From NCBI GenBank assembly GCA_002269645.1, contig NIVC01003972.1:1-64000 (forward strand): a DNA stretch of 64,000 nucleotides, given 5' to 3'. How positions within the stretch are numbered: the first letter of the stretch is position 1; every line of letters starts with the position of its first letter. A model generated the notes under the pieces. That model worked only from the letters and a program-made list of their open reading frames with translations, did not search any database and was not told where the DNA came from. This DNA is from Macrostomum lignano (taxonomy: Eukaryota). A program made the translations under genes and the position numbers. Below are positions 1 through 10,599 of this stretch, piece by piece.

Positions 1-506
1 CACAACAACCAACAACAGCAGCAACCACAACCACAACACAACAACAACACACAGCAGCAACATTTCACAGAAGAACAAGTACTCAGGCAACTGGAAAATG
101 CAGATCCGACTCAGTAGCTTGAATATAAGAAACAAAACCCAACAGATGGCAACACTTAAACAACACTCTCTCAGATCGAATGAACAGAATCAAGCAAAGA
201 GTTTTCACACCTCAACAAAGACAGGCGCCACAATGACAGTTCCATCTCTGAAAGTGAGCGTCTTTTTGCATCACCTCCCAGCAGCCACAAGCGCAACCAA
301 CTCCACAACCTCAAGACCAACCGCCTCAACTGGAAAAGGCATTTCCTGAATTCTACAAGCGGTTAGCGTTCTTCTAGGAGCGGCAAAGACCGGAATGAAA
401 GATGAGAATAGAAAAATTTGTCAACATCCTGGACAAAATGCTTGAGAGAAAATACATCGATAAGAGGGCGAGAGAGCTTCTGCTTTCGCGGTTCAACAAA
501 AAATAA
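1..506 (+). pseudogene. 3' part of a Polinton conserved ORF (Q/P-rich, then helical C-terminus), frameshifted
   Basis: Joining frames gives KRLSVLLGAAKTGMKDENRK/FVNILDKMLERKYIDKR, which resembles the RL.LL.AS..AGN....EI..ILDEL.....I motif of a conserved small Polinton protein (from memory). Confidence 0.5.
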
Positions 507-521
507 TTTATTTCAAGTAAA

Positions 522-902
522 ATGCCTCTTATTTTCGAAAAAGACATTGACAAATACTATGACAAAGAGGAACTTAATCTCATTAAACGCGGATCTGGAC
601 TTTTCCCTGCAGGCCACTATCCAAGAAAAGAACGCTCTGGGAATGGCCTTGCCGATTTGATCGCTCAGGGGGCCAAGATTTTTAAGGTCATTGGAGAGAA
701 CAAAGAGAACATCAAGAACGTTGCCGAAGCGGCTGGCAGTGTAGCCACAGCAGCCAAAAAGATTAAAGATACGGTTCATGAAACCCGGAAATCAATACCA
801 GATATTCAACCCCTTGCACCGAGTGCAGATAGTGTCGATCCAGCCATCTACGCAAAGATGAGAGCTGAATATAAGAAAGGAGGCGGTTTTAAATTTGACT
901 AA
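522..902 (+). CDS. Polinton putative virion core/membrane-active protein with GxG protease-site motifs
   Basis: 126 aa ORF with KRGSG, RSGNG and KKGGG motifs; amphipathic LADLIAQGAKIFKVIG follows RSGNG. Confidence 0.55.
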   Translation: MPLIFEKDIDKYYDKEELNLIKRGSGLFPAGHYPRKERSGNGLADLIAQGAKIFKVIGENKENIKNVAEAAGSVATAAKKIKDTVHETRKSIPDIQPLAPSADSVDPAIYAKMRAEYKKGGGFKFD

Positions 903-1055
903 TTTGGTGCACCCTGACGGTAAAAGAGGTGTGAGGGTGTAGGACTAGTCGGATGTAGGACTAGTCGAAAAAGACACACACATACACATCCCGAAAAAAG
1001 ACACACGCGTCTTAAATACACAAGTTTAAAAAGAAAAAGTTTTTTTACATAAAAA

Positions 1056-1854
1056 ATGGACTTCACAAACGACTTTCATCCCCACTGGACACGCAATCAG
1101 ATAAAATTTGCTCACAACGAGATAATTCCAGGGCACTTCCGATGCATTGTTGTTGGCTCATCTGGGTCAGGGAAAACCTTCAGAGTTTTTAACATGCTCC
1201 TCAGACCTGGATTCCTCGATTATGACACACTACATATCTATTCACCCACTCTGTATCAAGATGAGTATAAAATGCTAGTAGCGGGCCTACAGAACAAACT
1301 CAACAAGGAAGATATTATTCAATGTTTTAGACATCAAAAAGACCTCAACAGCAACCCGGAAGTTGTAGCCACTGAACGCAAAGCACATCCCAGACAATGA
1401 AAAATGGCAAAACATTAAAGTTTTCACTTATGGAGATCCACAGATAGATCCTAAAACTAAACTCTTACCTCAACCTGATGAACTACAAAAGGGGAGAAAG
1501 CACCTGATTGTCTTCGATGACTGCATGACCGGTCCCCAGAAACAGATAGAAAATTATTTCACCCGGGGTAGACATAATAATTGCAATGTTATTTACATTG
1601 CCCAAAACTGGTTTGAACTGCCAAATAAAACAATTAGAGGTAACTGTAATTTGATTCTCCTTTTCCCAACCATACCACAGGATCGACTGAAACGATTTTA
1701 TAATGAGGTCATTGCCCCAGCTCACATTACATATCCAGCTAAGAACTCTAACAGAACAATATCACAGGAGGAATTTGTTAACATATGCTATGAAAAGTGG
1801 AACCAACCCTATCAGTTTGTCATGATTAATAAGGAGAAAAGAATTTTACTTTAA
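1056..1854 (+). CDS. DNA packaging ATPase (FtsK/A32-like), split by a frameshift near 1390
   Basis: Walker A GSSGSGKT; Walker B HLIVFDD at about 1501-1521; TRGRHNNCNVIYIAQ motif. The second frame is open from about 1393. Confidence 0.92.
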
Positions 1855-1870
1855 TTTTTCATTTAAAAAA

Positions 1871-2572
1871 ATGTCTATTAATTTTGCTGGTGAGTCAACT
1901 ACAGGCAACAGCACTCTCACAACTTCCTTCCTTGACAAGCGCTACATTAACACTGATGAAGAGATCCCAGAGATCAAACTGAATAAAAACAGACTGAAAG
2001 CCCTAGAGCGCTCCATGCACCAGTTGCAAATAAACATGGAAGATCTCAGGCTTAAAGTAGCTAGGCAGAAGTTTGAAAGTGATAAGCTTTATGTGCCGTT
2101 GTTAAACGCAACTAATGAACTTAGGTCAGAAATAACTTCGATAGTCTCGCTAATCAACGGCTTAAGATCATCAGTTAATCTTCTGGGAAATTCCACTGAT
2201 AGACGGATGCGTATTCTTGAAGGAGGAGTTTTCACAAACACAGCTAAAGTGAATAATTTAGAAGAGTTCATGAACCAGTCAACAGCATTGCATGATAGAA
2301 TTAAAGAAAACGTCGCAACCAACACAGGTAAAGTAAATAATTTAGAAGAGTTCATGAACCAGTCAACAGCGTTGCATGATCGAATCAAAGAAAGACTTGA
2401 AGCATTAGAGAGAAAGGATGTATCACACAGTAGCTATCTAAACGGAATGTATAGCTCTTGGGGTAAAATAATAAGGAGGCTTATCGTCTGGAGAGAACAC
2501 TCAATCTTCGTGACATTGCTATTGATGAAGCAGAATCTACTGCTCGTCCGGTCATGTCTACAGATCGAGTAG
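1871..2572 (+). CDS. Polinton coiled-coil protein with an 84-bp internal duplication; C-terminus probably frameshifted
   Basis: Heptad-rich 233 aa ORF; TNT(A/G)KVNNLEEFMNQSTALHDRIKE occurs twice (2237 and 2321). Confidence 0.6.
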   Translation: MSINFAGESTTGNSTLTTSFLDKRYINTDEEIPEIKLNKNRLKALERSMHQLQINMEDLRLKVARQKFESDKLYVPLLNATNELRSEITSIVSLINGLRSSVNLLGNSTDRRMRILEGGVFTNTAKVNNLEEFMNQSTALHDRIKENVATNTGKVNNLEEFMNQSTALHDRIKERLEALERKDVSHSSYLNGMYSSWGKIIRRLIVWREHSIFVTLLLMKQNLLLVRSCLQIE

Positions 2573-2769
2573 AAGGAGCTCTGGACCCCGCCGGAGTAAT
2601 CCGGCACGCTCTCAAACGTCAGCCGCCCAGCCGCTGCCTGCTGGACTCGCGATCCTCCGGCGTCACGAGAGCCGCCTAGACAACCGGCGGTGCAGATGGA
2701 ATTATCAAAAAGAAAACAGATCTTTCAACCGGATAGTTTTTAATTTTTTTATTTTTTCTAGAGAAAAAA

Positions 2770-3484
2770 ATGGCCCAACAAAATTCTCTATACGATCAGT
2801 CTCAATACGCTGAACCTAAAATACCGACAGCACCAAACCCAATGGCACCGAATTCGAACACACAAAGCCTGAATGCACCGAATCTGAATGCACCTCAATA
2901 TGAGCAACAAAAACTCTACCCCGTCATTACTTGTAACTCTCAACAGTTTCGACTAGTGGAGATTCAAAAAATGCGATGATCTTGAAAAAAATATTTTCCA
3001 CAACACAAAGAAAATTAAGCGCTATGACAGCCACTGTAAATTTTTCGACTACAGCAATATGATTCTAGGATCTGTGTCTGTTCTATCTGGATCTGCTGCG
3101 GCTGTCTCAACGTTGCCAGTCATCACAGCCCCAATCGCAATCCCGCTCGGCTCTGTGGGTGCTGCATGTGGACTTATTTCAGCAATTACTGGAGCATTAG
3201 CGCGAAACAGGCGAAAAAAACTAAAGCAGCTACAGGAGAAGCAAGTAAAAGAGAAAGGGGTGCACACTTCAATCATAGGGTACATTTCAAGGGCAATCGA
3301 GGATAAGTTCATTTCAGAGGATGAGTTCAAAACCATTCAGGATCTTTATGAACAATCAATTCGAATGAACTTGAACATGGTCGGTACTGATGACATGAGT
3401 CAGCTGAGAAATGAACTCGAGAAAGTTCTTCAACATTATGCGGGAAGAAAGTCGGCAAGAAGGACAACGAGAAATGCACAATGA
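2770..3484 (+). CDS. Conserved Polinton/adintovirus hydrophobic membrane protein, frameshift near 2970
   Basis: Joined frames: LYP...FRLVEIQKMR/DDLEK..KRY, a long Gly/Ala hydrophobic hairpin, then ISRAIEDKFISEDEF. This pattern is typical of a Polinton accessory family (from memory). Confidence 0.65.
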
Positions 3485-3488
3485 ACCC

Positions 3489-3890
3489 TTATGAAACACA
3501 GCCAATAATAATTTCCTTGTAGGTCTTTCGTGTTTTGGTCATTGCATACAAAACAGTCATGCACAGCTCACCGCAAATATCACTGCTAAGACCTTGGAGA
3601 ATAAAGTCTGAGCGATAAATTTTTTTATTATTTTTTCCCTTCATATAATTTCTTAGCTCTTCTGGTACTGCCGTCCCATAGCTATCGAAGTAATAACACT
3701 TGTGCTTGCGATCGGGATCAATCACCCAGCAAACCCAATGAGATCCTGGCTTATCGGTGGTGTCAAAGTTCATGATGCCGCATTCTTTTCTTAGAGGAAA
3801 ATCAGGCAGAGTGTCCCTCATAAATATTCCTCTAAAGTTTGGGATTTCCAGTTCGTTAGCCAAATCTTCAAGAAAGTTATTTGTCGTCAT
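3489..3890 (-). CDS. Adenain-like cysteine maturation protease
   Basis: Catalytic motifs GSHW (His), YFDSYG (Asp), Q-GLSSDICG (Gln/Cys). Confidence 0.93.
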   Translation of the reverse strand: MTTNNFLEDLANELEIPNFRGIFMRDTLPDFPLRKECGIMNFDTTDKPGSHWVCWVIDPDRKHKCYYFDSYGTAVPEELRNYMKGKNNKKIYRSDFILQGLSSDICGELCMTVLYAMTKTRKTYKEIIIGCVS

Positions 3891-3990
3891 TTTTTATGAG
3901 GTTTATTAAACTTTCTCTTAAACCTAAACCCAATCTCAACCTCCTAAATCCTAAGCCTAATCTCCACCTCCTAAACCCAATCTCCTAAAC

Positions 3991-6900
3991 CTAACTCCAG
4001 TGCCCGAACGGTAGACTGTTAATATTGTCATCAAAAATGAATCTTTTTATCTGCACCTGACAGTCCAATCTTCTTTTGCTGAATTGTGTGAATAATATGG
4101 TTTTTAGATTGTAGCTTTGAGAACTCATGTGATGTCTTTTTGTTGCAATTCAAGGCGTCTCTGTATTCAGCTTCATTAATTTCCTTCCTAACCACGCGTT
4201 TCGGAATTCCCTTTGATTTTTTAATTGGGTCTGACGACTCACATTTTACAAAATAGGACTTTGCTCTCAACCCAATGAATTCAGTGATTATGTCACCAGC
4301 AATCTCGTCCTTCATTTTCCCAATCACTTTCTTGTTAGTGGCGTCAAACACTTGATCGCCATTCTGTGTCCTGCAAGATTCATCATACTCAGACAAGTCA
4401 AACAAATCTTTTTGCTGCAGCATGTCCTGATAAATGTCTTCTGTTTGAATGTCCATAATAAAACTGTCTGTGTCAGTGTACAAGAGTTTCATTTTATCCT
4501 TGTACTGCTGCTTCATGCCATAGAAGAACTGGTACATCAGACGTTTTGATTCGTCGAGAACAGTGACACCTGTATAGATCGGCTTGCGCAGCGTCACCTT
4601 GGTTTTGTAAAATATGATCACACCTAAGTAGCTATTAAAGATATGGAGTTCTTTGAATGTTGGCTTTGACATATTTGCCTGAATAACAGCAGGCTCTGAT
4701 GAGGTAACAAGTTTCAGGTTTGTTCTTTTCCGCTCATTTCAAGAGTCTTGCCATAGACAGAGTTGTTGGCCAACTTAAAGAGGTTCTTGTCAAAGTCGTT
4801 GGTTGCTTTGGTCCTAAACTGGGTGTTCTTATCAATGTAGGGTTTCATCCACGCTTCCTCTGTAAATGTAAGAGCCCTGTGAACTTTGGTGACCCTGCAA
4901 CCAAGTGAGATAAAATACTGAAGCAGTTTGTAATGGATTTTGTAACGTGTCTTGTTGTTTAGATTCTGTGTTAGTTTCTCTGTATGTTCTTTTTCTGTTC
5001 CTGACAGGCGCCAAGTTCCATTGGGAGTTTCGATTATTTTCGGGCACTTGATGTTCTCTGGGAAGGGTGGAAAGTCAGAGAAATAGTCGTGAAGCTCTGG
5101 TGGAATGTAAACATCAACCTCATAAATGGCAGCCAATGAAAAGTCCCATTTGAATTCTGATGAGGGTAGCCATCGAAAATCTCTAACTGGAAGATCTTGA
5201 CTCATCGCCCACCCGTAGAGATTATTAGCGTCCAAGTAAGTAATGTAGTTTGAGGGCTGCTCCTTATTGTAAGATTCAATGTAGGGATTGTTTGCTTTTG
5301 CATACTGTGCAAATTGAGATCCCCCTCGCTTTGACGATTCGACAAAATTGTAATGTCAATGTCTGTAAGAAGTTCAATGTACCAATCTGGATCTTGATCC
5401 CATTTCATTTTAAGCAAAGATTCCCAGCTAGTGGCAGGCAGAGACACATAATGTGCTGGATCGAGGCCATATGCTGTGTACCAGGTGTATCTGAAGGTTT
5501 CAAACACATCGGCCAGCAGAAACACATCTGTGAAGAGGTAAAGCAGGTGATACTGGAAGAAGTTTTGACAATTAAAGTAATTATAGACATGCTTCGCGTG
5601 CTCATAGTCTTTGTCAGAGATTCCAGAGTCTGTTAGCTTGAAAAGAACTTTTCCTGTGGTGGTAAACCTTCTTCAAATACGTGATACCCAGTAATATTTT
5701 CATAGGGGTAGAAGCCTTTCTTTCTTAAAAGTTTAAATGATTCATCAGTTCTTGCAAATATCTTTGTATATGTACATTGTTCATCTTTTAGATTCTTGCT
5801 TAGTTCGTCTAGACTGGCAGCAAGAAATTGATATGAATCCTTCAGTCTTATCTTACCTTTACCCGAATTATCCTGTCTAATATCAACACACTTAAACTTC
5901 TCCTTGTTCTCTGCGATGCAATCAAGGTGTATGTCTGGAATCATGCCGATTTTTTCAACTATTAAATGCATGTCATAGTTCTTTGCGTTGTGACAAAATA
6001 TCGTTAGATCATGAATGTTCGATTTTAGCTTTAGATTACAGGTGTTATGCGCTGCACCTCTAAATTTCCCAGTAAAGTGGCAGTGGTCCCTAACGGTGGG
6101 GTTTTTAATATCAGTGCAAGTTAACTGTTTCCTGCAGATGTGGCAATGAGTTGCTGATAGGAAATTGCTTTCATCCTCCTCAGTCATAATTATTGGAACA
6201 GGTTGAAGGGTGCTAATCAATTTTTGCAACTCTAACATTCTGGCAATAAACTGCTCCACACACTGCTCTCCAAAGAAATAATTATACTCAACAAGTCCTT
6301 TTGTATTAATAAAGGCATATGCTACTGAATTGGGGACATGTCTTTGAGTTTGAGTTTGTTTTTGAGTATGAGTTTGTTTTTGAGTATGAGTTTGTTTTTG
6401 AGTCTCTGGCATGATTGAGCATTCGAAATCAGCATATACAACAAATGGGAGCTTCTCCATCTTGTGATAGTTCTTAAAACGGAGATACTTCTCTTCAGCT
6501 GAAGGAAGAGAGCAATTGGTCGGGTGATCCTCGCATGATAATTCATGCTCTGATAGTTTTTCAATACGCTCAGGTCCACTGTAATGCTTAAGGCACAAGC
6601 GGCAGATGGCAACAGCCTCGTGATGATTATTCAACTGCTTGTGAATGAGTCTTGAAAGATCTTTAATCCAAACATAGTGAGCCTCCTCTAGTAAATTACC
6701 AATCACTAGAAGATCACTCAGTCCGCCTTTTCCCCTCAGGATCTAAAACGTCTTTGCTACATCTGACTGGTTGAACTTTCTCAGTTTTTTCACTCCACTC
6801 AAAGACTGTGATTCTAATTTTGTTATTAAACACTTCTTCTAGCTTTGGGATCTGAGAGATCGCCAAGCCTCCTTTGTCAAACCTGATTCCCTTCTTTTCG

Positions 6901-7802
6901 CATTCGATGAGATAGTGTTTGAAATAATTTTGATAATTTGAGGTTCTTTCGGGGTTGTGAAGGACGCTAAACAGTGCAGAAAGAACTGCCCATAGAGCAC
7001 AGCAGTTGTCTTTATTTTTAACATTTATGCAAGCTTTTTTGCCGGCTAGCTTATGCGGGAGATCTATATAAGAGGAGGCTTTAAGTGGATCATATTTCAT
7101 GACCATAACAGTCGCTCTTTGAATCCCTCCTACGACCCATCCGGAACCTCTGGATGTAAACGCTTCAATTTTCTTAGTGACATCTTGAAGGAAAGGATCC
7201 AGTGTGTCTGTAGGGGTGAATGGCTTTGCCTTTGTTGTCATGTAATACTCGAGATGTTCAGTCGGTTTTGCAGGCACATAAAACGCAATCTTGAATGATA
7301 TCTGTAGTTTAAAGGTCTTGCGTGTTTTGAGTGTGTGATCAACAACTGATTGGATGCTGTCTTTATAGTCGTAGATGTTTGCGGTGGTATCCTTAATTGG
7401 GATTGTGTACTCTACGTAATGTTCTGTAAACTTCCTCTGTGCAAAATTAATCTCTTCAGTGGCAAGCTCCGACTCTTTTAAATGTATTAATTGCTCTAAT
7501 TTCTCTTGTTCCTGCTTATTTTGTGGGTACTTTGCTTTTTCACCTGTGAGAGTTTCGTATTTGTTAACTAAGTTGCGACTCCTCTCTTGGTGTTCCTTTG
7601 CAGGATTTTGTATAGGCGCATACTGGTTTGATTCTAATTGTTTTATGATTTCCAACTGTTTTTCATAGCTTCCCAGGTGACCAGGGTCGGTGTTAAACTT
7701 TTGTTTACATTCTTTTCTTAGTAAATTACTTTTGTCTTGAAATGAGACGCCTTTTGAAAAATATTTGTTGACTAAATCTCTTGCTGGATTGGCTTTTGGC
7801 AT
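3991..7802 (-). CDS. polB: Protein-primed family B DNA polymerase (pPolB), interrupted by about five single-base frameshifts
   Basis: Exo I YADFEC; CHICR..RDHCHFTGKFRGAAHNTCN; HNAKNYD; DANNLYGWAMSQ; KLANNSVYGK; YTDTDS; KMKDE; restored end DKRFIFDDNINSLPFGHWS*. Start MPKAN at 7802. Confidence 0.96.
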
Positions 7803-7925
7803 TTTTTCTCGAAAATATAAAAAAAAATTGAGGGTGACCACCCTGATAGAAAAGTTGAACTGTTTCTACATCCTATCAGTAGCTTTAGGTTTATGAAGCT
7901 GGATAAAGTGGGGTTTTAAACCTCA

Positions 7926-8381
7926 TCACATGCGCATTATTGTAAACCCAGCATTGTGCAGTGTCATGATGGCTTTGACAATGTCAGACTTGCTTACAGA
8001 ATTTTCATGCACACAAGCATCACAATCATCAAAATCAGGGCAGCCCTCTCCTGCCTTAATTGTTATACCTTTGTCTCTTGCAATCTTTTGTAATTCTAGC
8101 TGGTGGGCTCTATCATTCCCAGCTTTAACAGCAGTTGCTACACCTCCAGCTACACCACCTGCGGCACTTACGGCACCTGCAATGATTGGGATAAGAGCTG
8201 CTAATGGTAGGATTCCTCCTGACTTTTCATCTGTGATGCTGTGTCTTTGTTCATTACATTGAACTATTTGCTGTGTGGGATCGATTTTTACTTTGGCACC
8301 TTTAATTGATATAAGACCTGGTTTCTTTGATTCAATGATTTTATTGAGTTTATTGATGGTTCTGGTTTCAATCTTTGTCAT
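7926..8381 (-). CDS. Adenovirus pX-like (mu precursor-like) virion protein
   Basis: KSGG|ILPLAALIPIIAGAVSAAGGVAGGVA closely parallels adenovirus pX MRGG|ILPLLIPLIAAAIGAVPGIA. Confidence 0.75.
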   Translation of the reverse strand: MTKIETRTINKLNKIIESKKPGLISIKGAKVKIDPTQQIVQCNEQRHSITDEKSGGILPLAALIPIIAGAVSAAGGVAGGVATAVKAGNDRAHQLELQKIARDKGITIKAGEGCPDFDDCDACVHENSVSKSDIVKAIMTLHNAGFTIMRM

Positions 8382-8397
8382 TTTTTATTTTAATATT

Positions 8398-9423
8398 TTA
8401 ATTAATTTCTGTGTCAGCTGGTATCACTAGGAGTTCAGCTCTAGTGAATGACCGCGTGGGGGATTTAGGGTTAAAGGCCTGAGATAAAAAGTAATACTCT
8501 CCAGAGTCGGAGGTAAAATGTCTGTCTATTTTATGTACACCAAGGCTGAAGTATGGATCTGTAGCTCTTCTTTTGGTGTCTTTCTCTAACTCTCCAGGTA
8601 GATATAAAAAGCGTAGAAACTCAGAGTTTGTCAGTATGTATGGTGATTCAACTCCTGGAAGCTTAGAATAGTTCGAGGTGTGTTTTGTGTTGTGTGTGTT
8701 GTGTGTGTTGTGTGTTCTATGAGATGCCTTAAGTTTGACAATGTCTTGTTTAATTGCATGGGACGGTTTCAATCCAGTCATACGTGTGACTTCATTGTTC
8801 AGTTGCTCTATAACAATGGGGAGTCTTTCTGTCCACTTAGTATAGTACTGCCCCGCACTCAGTTTGAGTTCTTGCGCTGTCTGCTTAGTGAATAGTCTCT
8901 TGGCTAGAGTTAAATTAAATCTCTCAACGTACGCTTGGTCCCTGTGCAGGTCTGTTCTTCCGTAGCGAATCTTCGTATTTTTCTTTTCCATAAGGGATTT
9001 GACTGCACCCATGAATTCCTTACCCGGGTCGGTCATAAAGGTTTGGGGGTATCTGAGCGGAGAGTTTTTATAAATATCTTGCAGTGCGGCTGCAACTGCT
9101 TCTGATTGTTTAGTCTTTAGTGGGCGAGCTTCCTTATATCTGGAGGCAATGTCTGTAATGGTAAGAGCATACTTGTAGCCTGAGTCATTGGGGAGAAACA
9201 GAAGATCTGCTTGGTGCGCCTCATTAGGTTTATAAATACTGAAATGGGGCCTTTCAAATTTTACTGGTGGGAAATAGACTTGAAAGACAGCCTGCTTAGA
9301 GAGCCATTTTTCTACTGTAGCTTTTGGCTCTTTACTCAGCTCCATGAGTTTACTAACGGCATTTTTGCCTACAAAGAATCCTTTGTCGCTGTAGTAGAGT
9401 TTTTTAAGTTTCTGATCTGTCAT
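8398..9423 (-). CDS. Retroviral-type (rve) DDE integrase of Polinton
   Basis: HQADLLFL (D), MTDPGKEF (D), VERFNLTL (E). Probable start MTDQK at 9423; ORF uninterrupted. Confidence 0.95.
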   Translation of the reverse strand: MTDQKLKKLYYSDKGFFVGKNAVSKLMELSKEPKATVEKWLSKQAVFQVYFPPVKFERPHFSIYKPNEAHQADLLFLPNDSGYKYALTITDIASRYKEARPLKTKQSEAVAAALQDIYKNSPLRYPQTFMTDPGKEFMGAVKSLMEKKNTKIRYGRTDLHRDQAYVERFNLTLAKRLFTKQTAQELKLSAGQYYTKWTERLPIVIEQLNNEVTRMTGLKPSHAIKQDIVKLKASHRTHNTHNTHNTKHTSNYSKLPGVESPYILTNSEFLRFLYLPGELEKDTKRRATDPYFSLGVHKIDRHFTSDSGEYYFLSQAFNPKSPTRSFTRAELLVIPADTEIN

Positions 9424-9452
9424 TTTTTTAAAATAAATTTTTAAATAAAATA

Positions 9453-9953
9453 ATGCAACGCTCTGGTGGTAAAATAGATTCACATGGACTGATAGAAAAG
9501 CTTCCTCATCCAAATAAAGGCTGGACAGTTCCCGGGTACAAATATTGCGGGCCTTTGAATCCACTTGAAATACAGCTGGATGGATACAACAACCCAAATC
9601 CTGGACATGAGCCTGTGAACGAGCTAGACTCTGTCTGCATGTGGCACGATGTTAAGTATAGAGATTTTCCAGAGGAGAAGAATCGCTAGGACAAAGAAAT
9701 GCTTAGGAGATTAGACAATATGGGGACTTCAAGCGGATTTCGTGAGTCGATTGCTAGGAAATTAGTCAAGGCGGTTATTTTTGGTAAGACAAAATTGGGG
9801 TTGGGGATGTACGCCGAGGGCGGGTGCATAGGGAGAGAGGGTGGATGCGTGGGGAGAGAGGGTGGAGGCTCGGGAACAGGGTTTATTTTGTGCGCTCCTA
9901 ACAATGAACTGGGAAGACTTTTGAAAGATATGGGGGTAGAGAGAGACGCTTGA
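9453..9953 (+). pseudogene. Parvovirus VP1u-type phospholipase A2 domain protein with an in-frame TAG at 9687-9689
   Basis: PGYKYCGP Ca-binding loop; DSVCMWHDVKY catalytic HD; NR*DKEML aligns with the usual R..AD..L; the reading frame continues after the stop. Confidence 0.85.
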
Positions 9954-10599
9954 GTCGGGAAGGGTTTAACTATTATTCTCAGCCCTGGCCAAACGCGACA
10001 GCTGCATTTTGAAAAGGGGTGGGGTAACTGCTATTTGCTGAGGTAGCGCAACCCTGTTCCACGCGTGCATTCCTTTCCGCTTTGACAACCGGAGGGAAGG
10101 AAGCGGGTGGAGGAAATCGATCGCTCGGAAGCTAGTTAAAGCAAGCAAGAAAATTCAGCTCATTTTGCTCGCACACGTTCTTCGTCACGCAATACTGCAC
10201 CGTTGTGGCTGCTGATTTCATTATGTTGTAAGTTTATTCATTTTTTTAGTTACTGAAATTCTATCCTGTGTTAAGAATTGAAAAATCTCTTATTTTAATT
10301 AAATCTTTGTTTTTAGTTCACAAAAAAATTACGTTCTACTCGACCGACCTAGAAAATCTCCACGACGGTCGCCTTGTTGAAGGATTAGATGCCGACGAGC
10401 AGGCATCAGAGCGAATTCAAGAAGTTCTCCACAATTTCTTCAATGAAAAAGTTGAGAACCAGCGAATTCGTTCAAGAGCGGCCATGGAGACCCAGGATCG
10501 CAACTATGCCATGAGAACCGAAATGGTGTTTGACGAACTTCGCCGATCATTTGTTGCTGATGAAGATTCACTTCTTAGTTATCAACAATTTTTTTCTGG

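Noticed and set aside
8398-9597. Integrase start at 9597 overlapping the PLA2 gene
   Set aside because: The extension is antisense to PLA2 and non-homologous; the ATG at 9423 has the element's A-run start signature.
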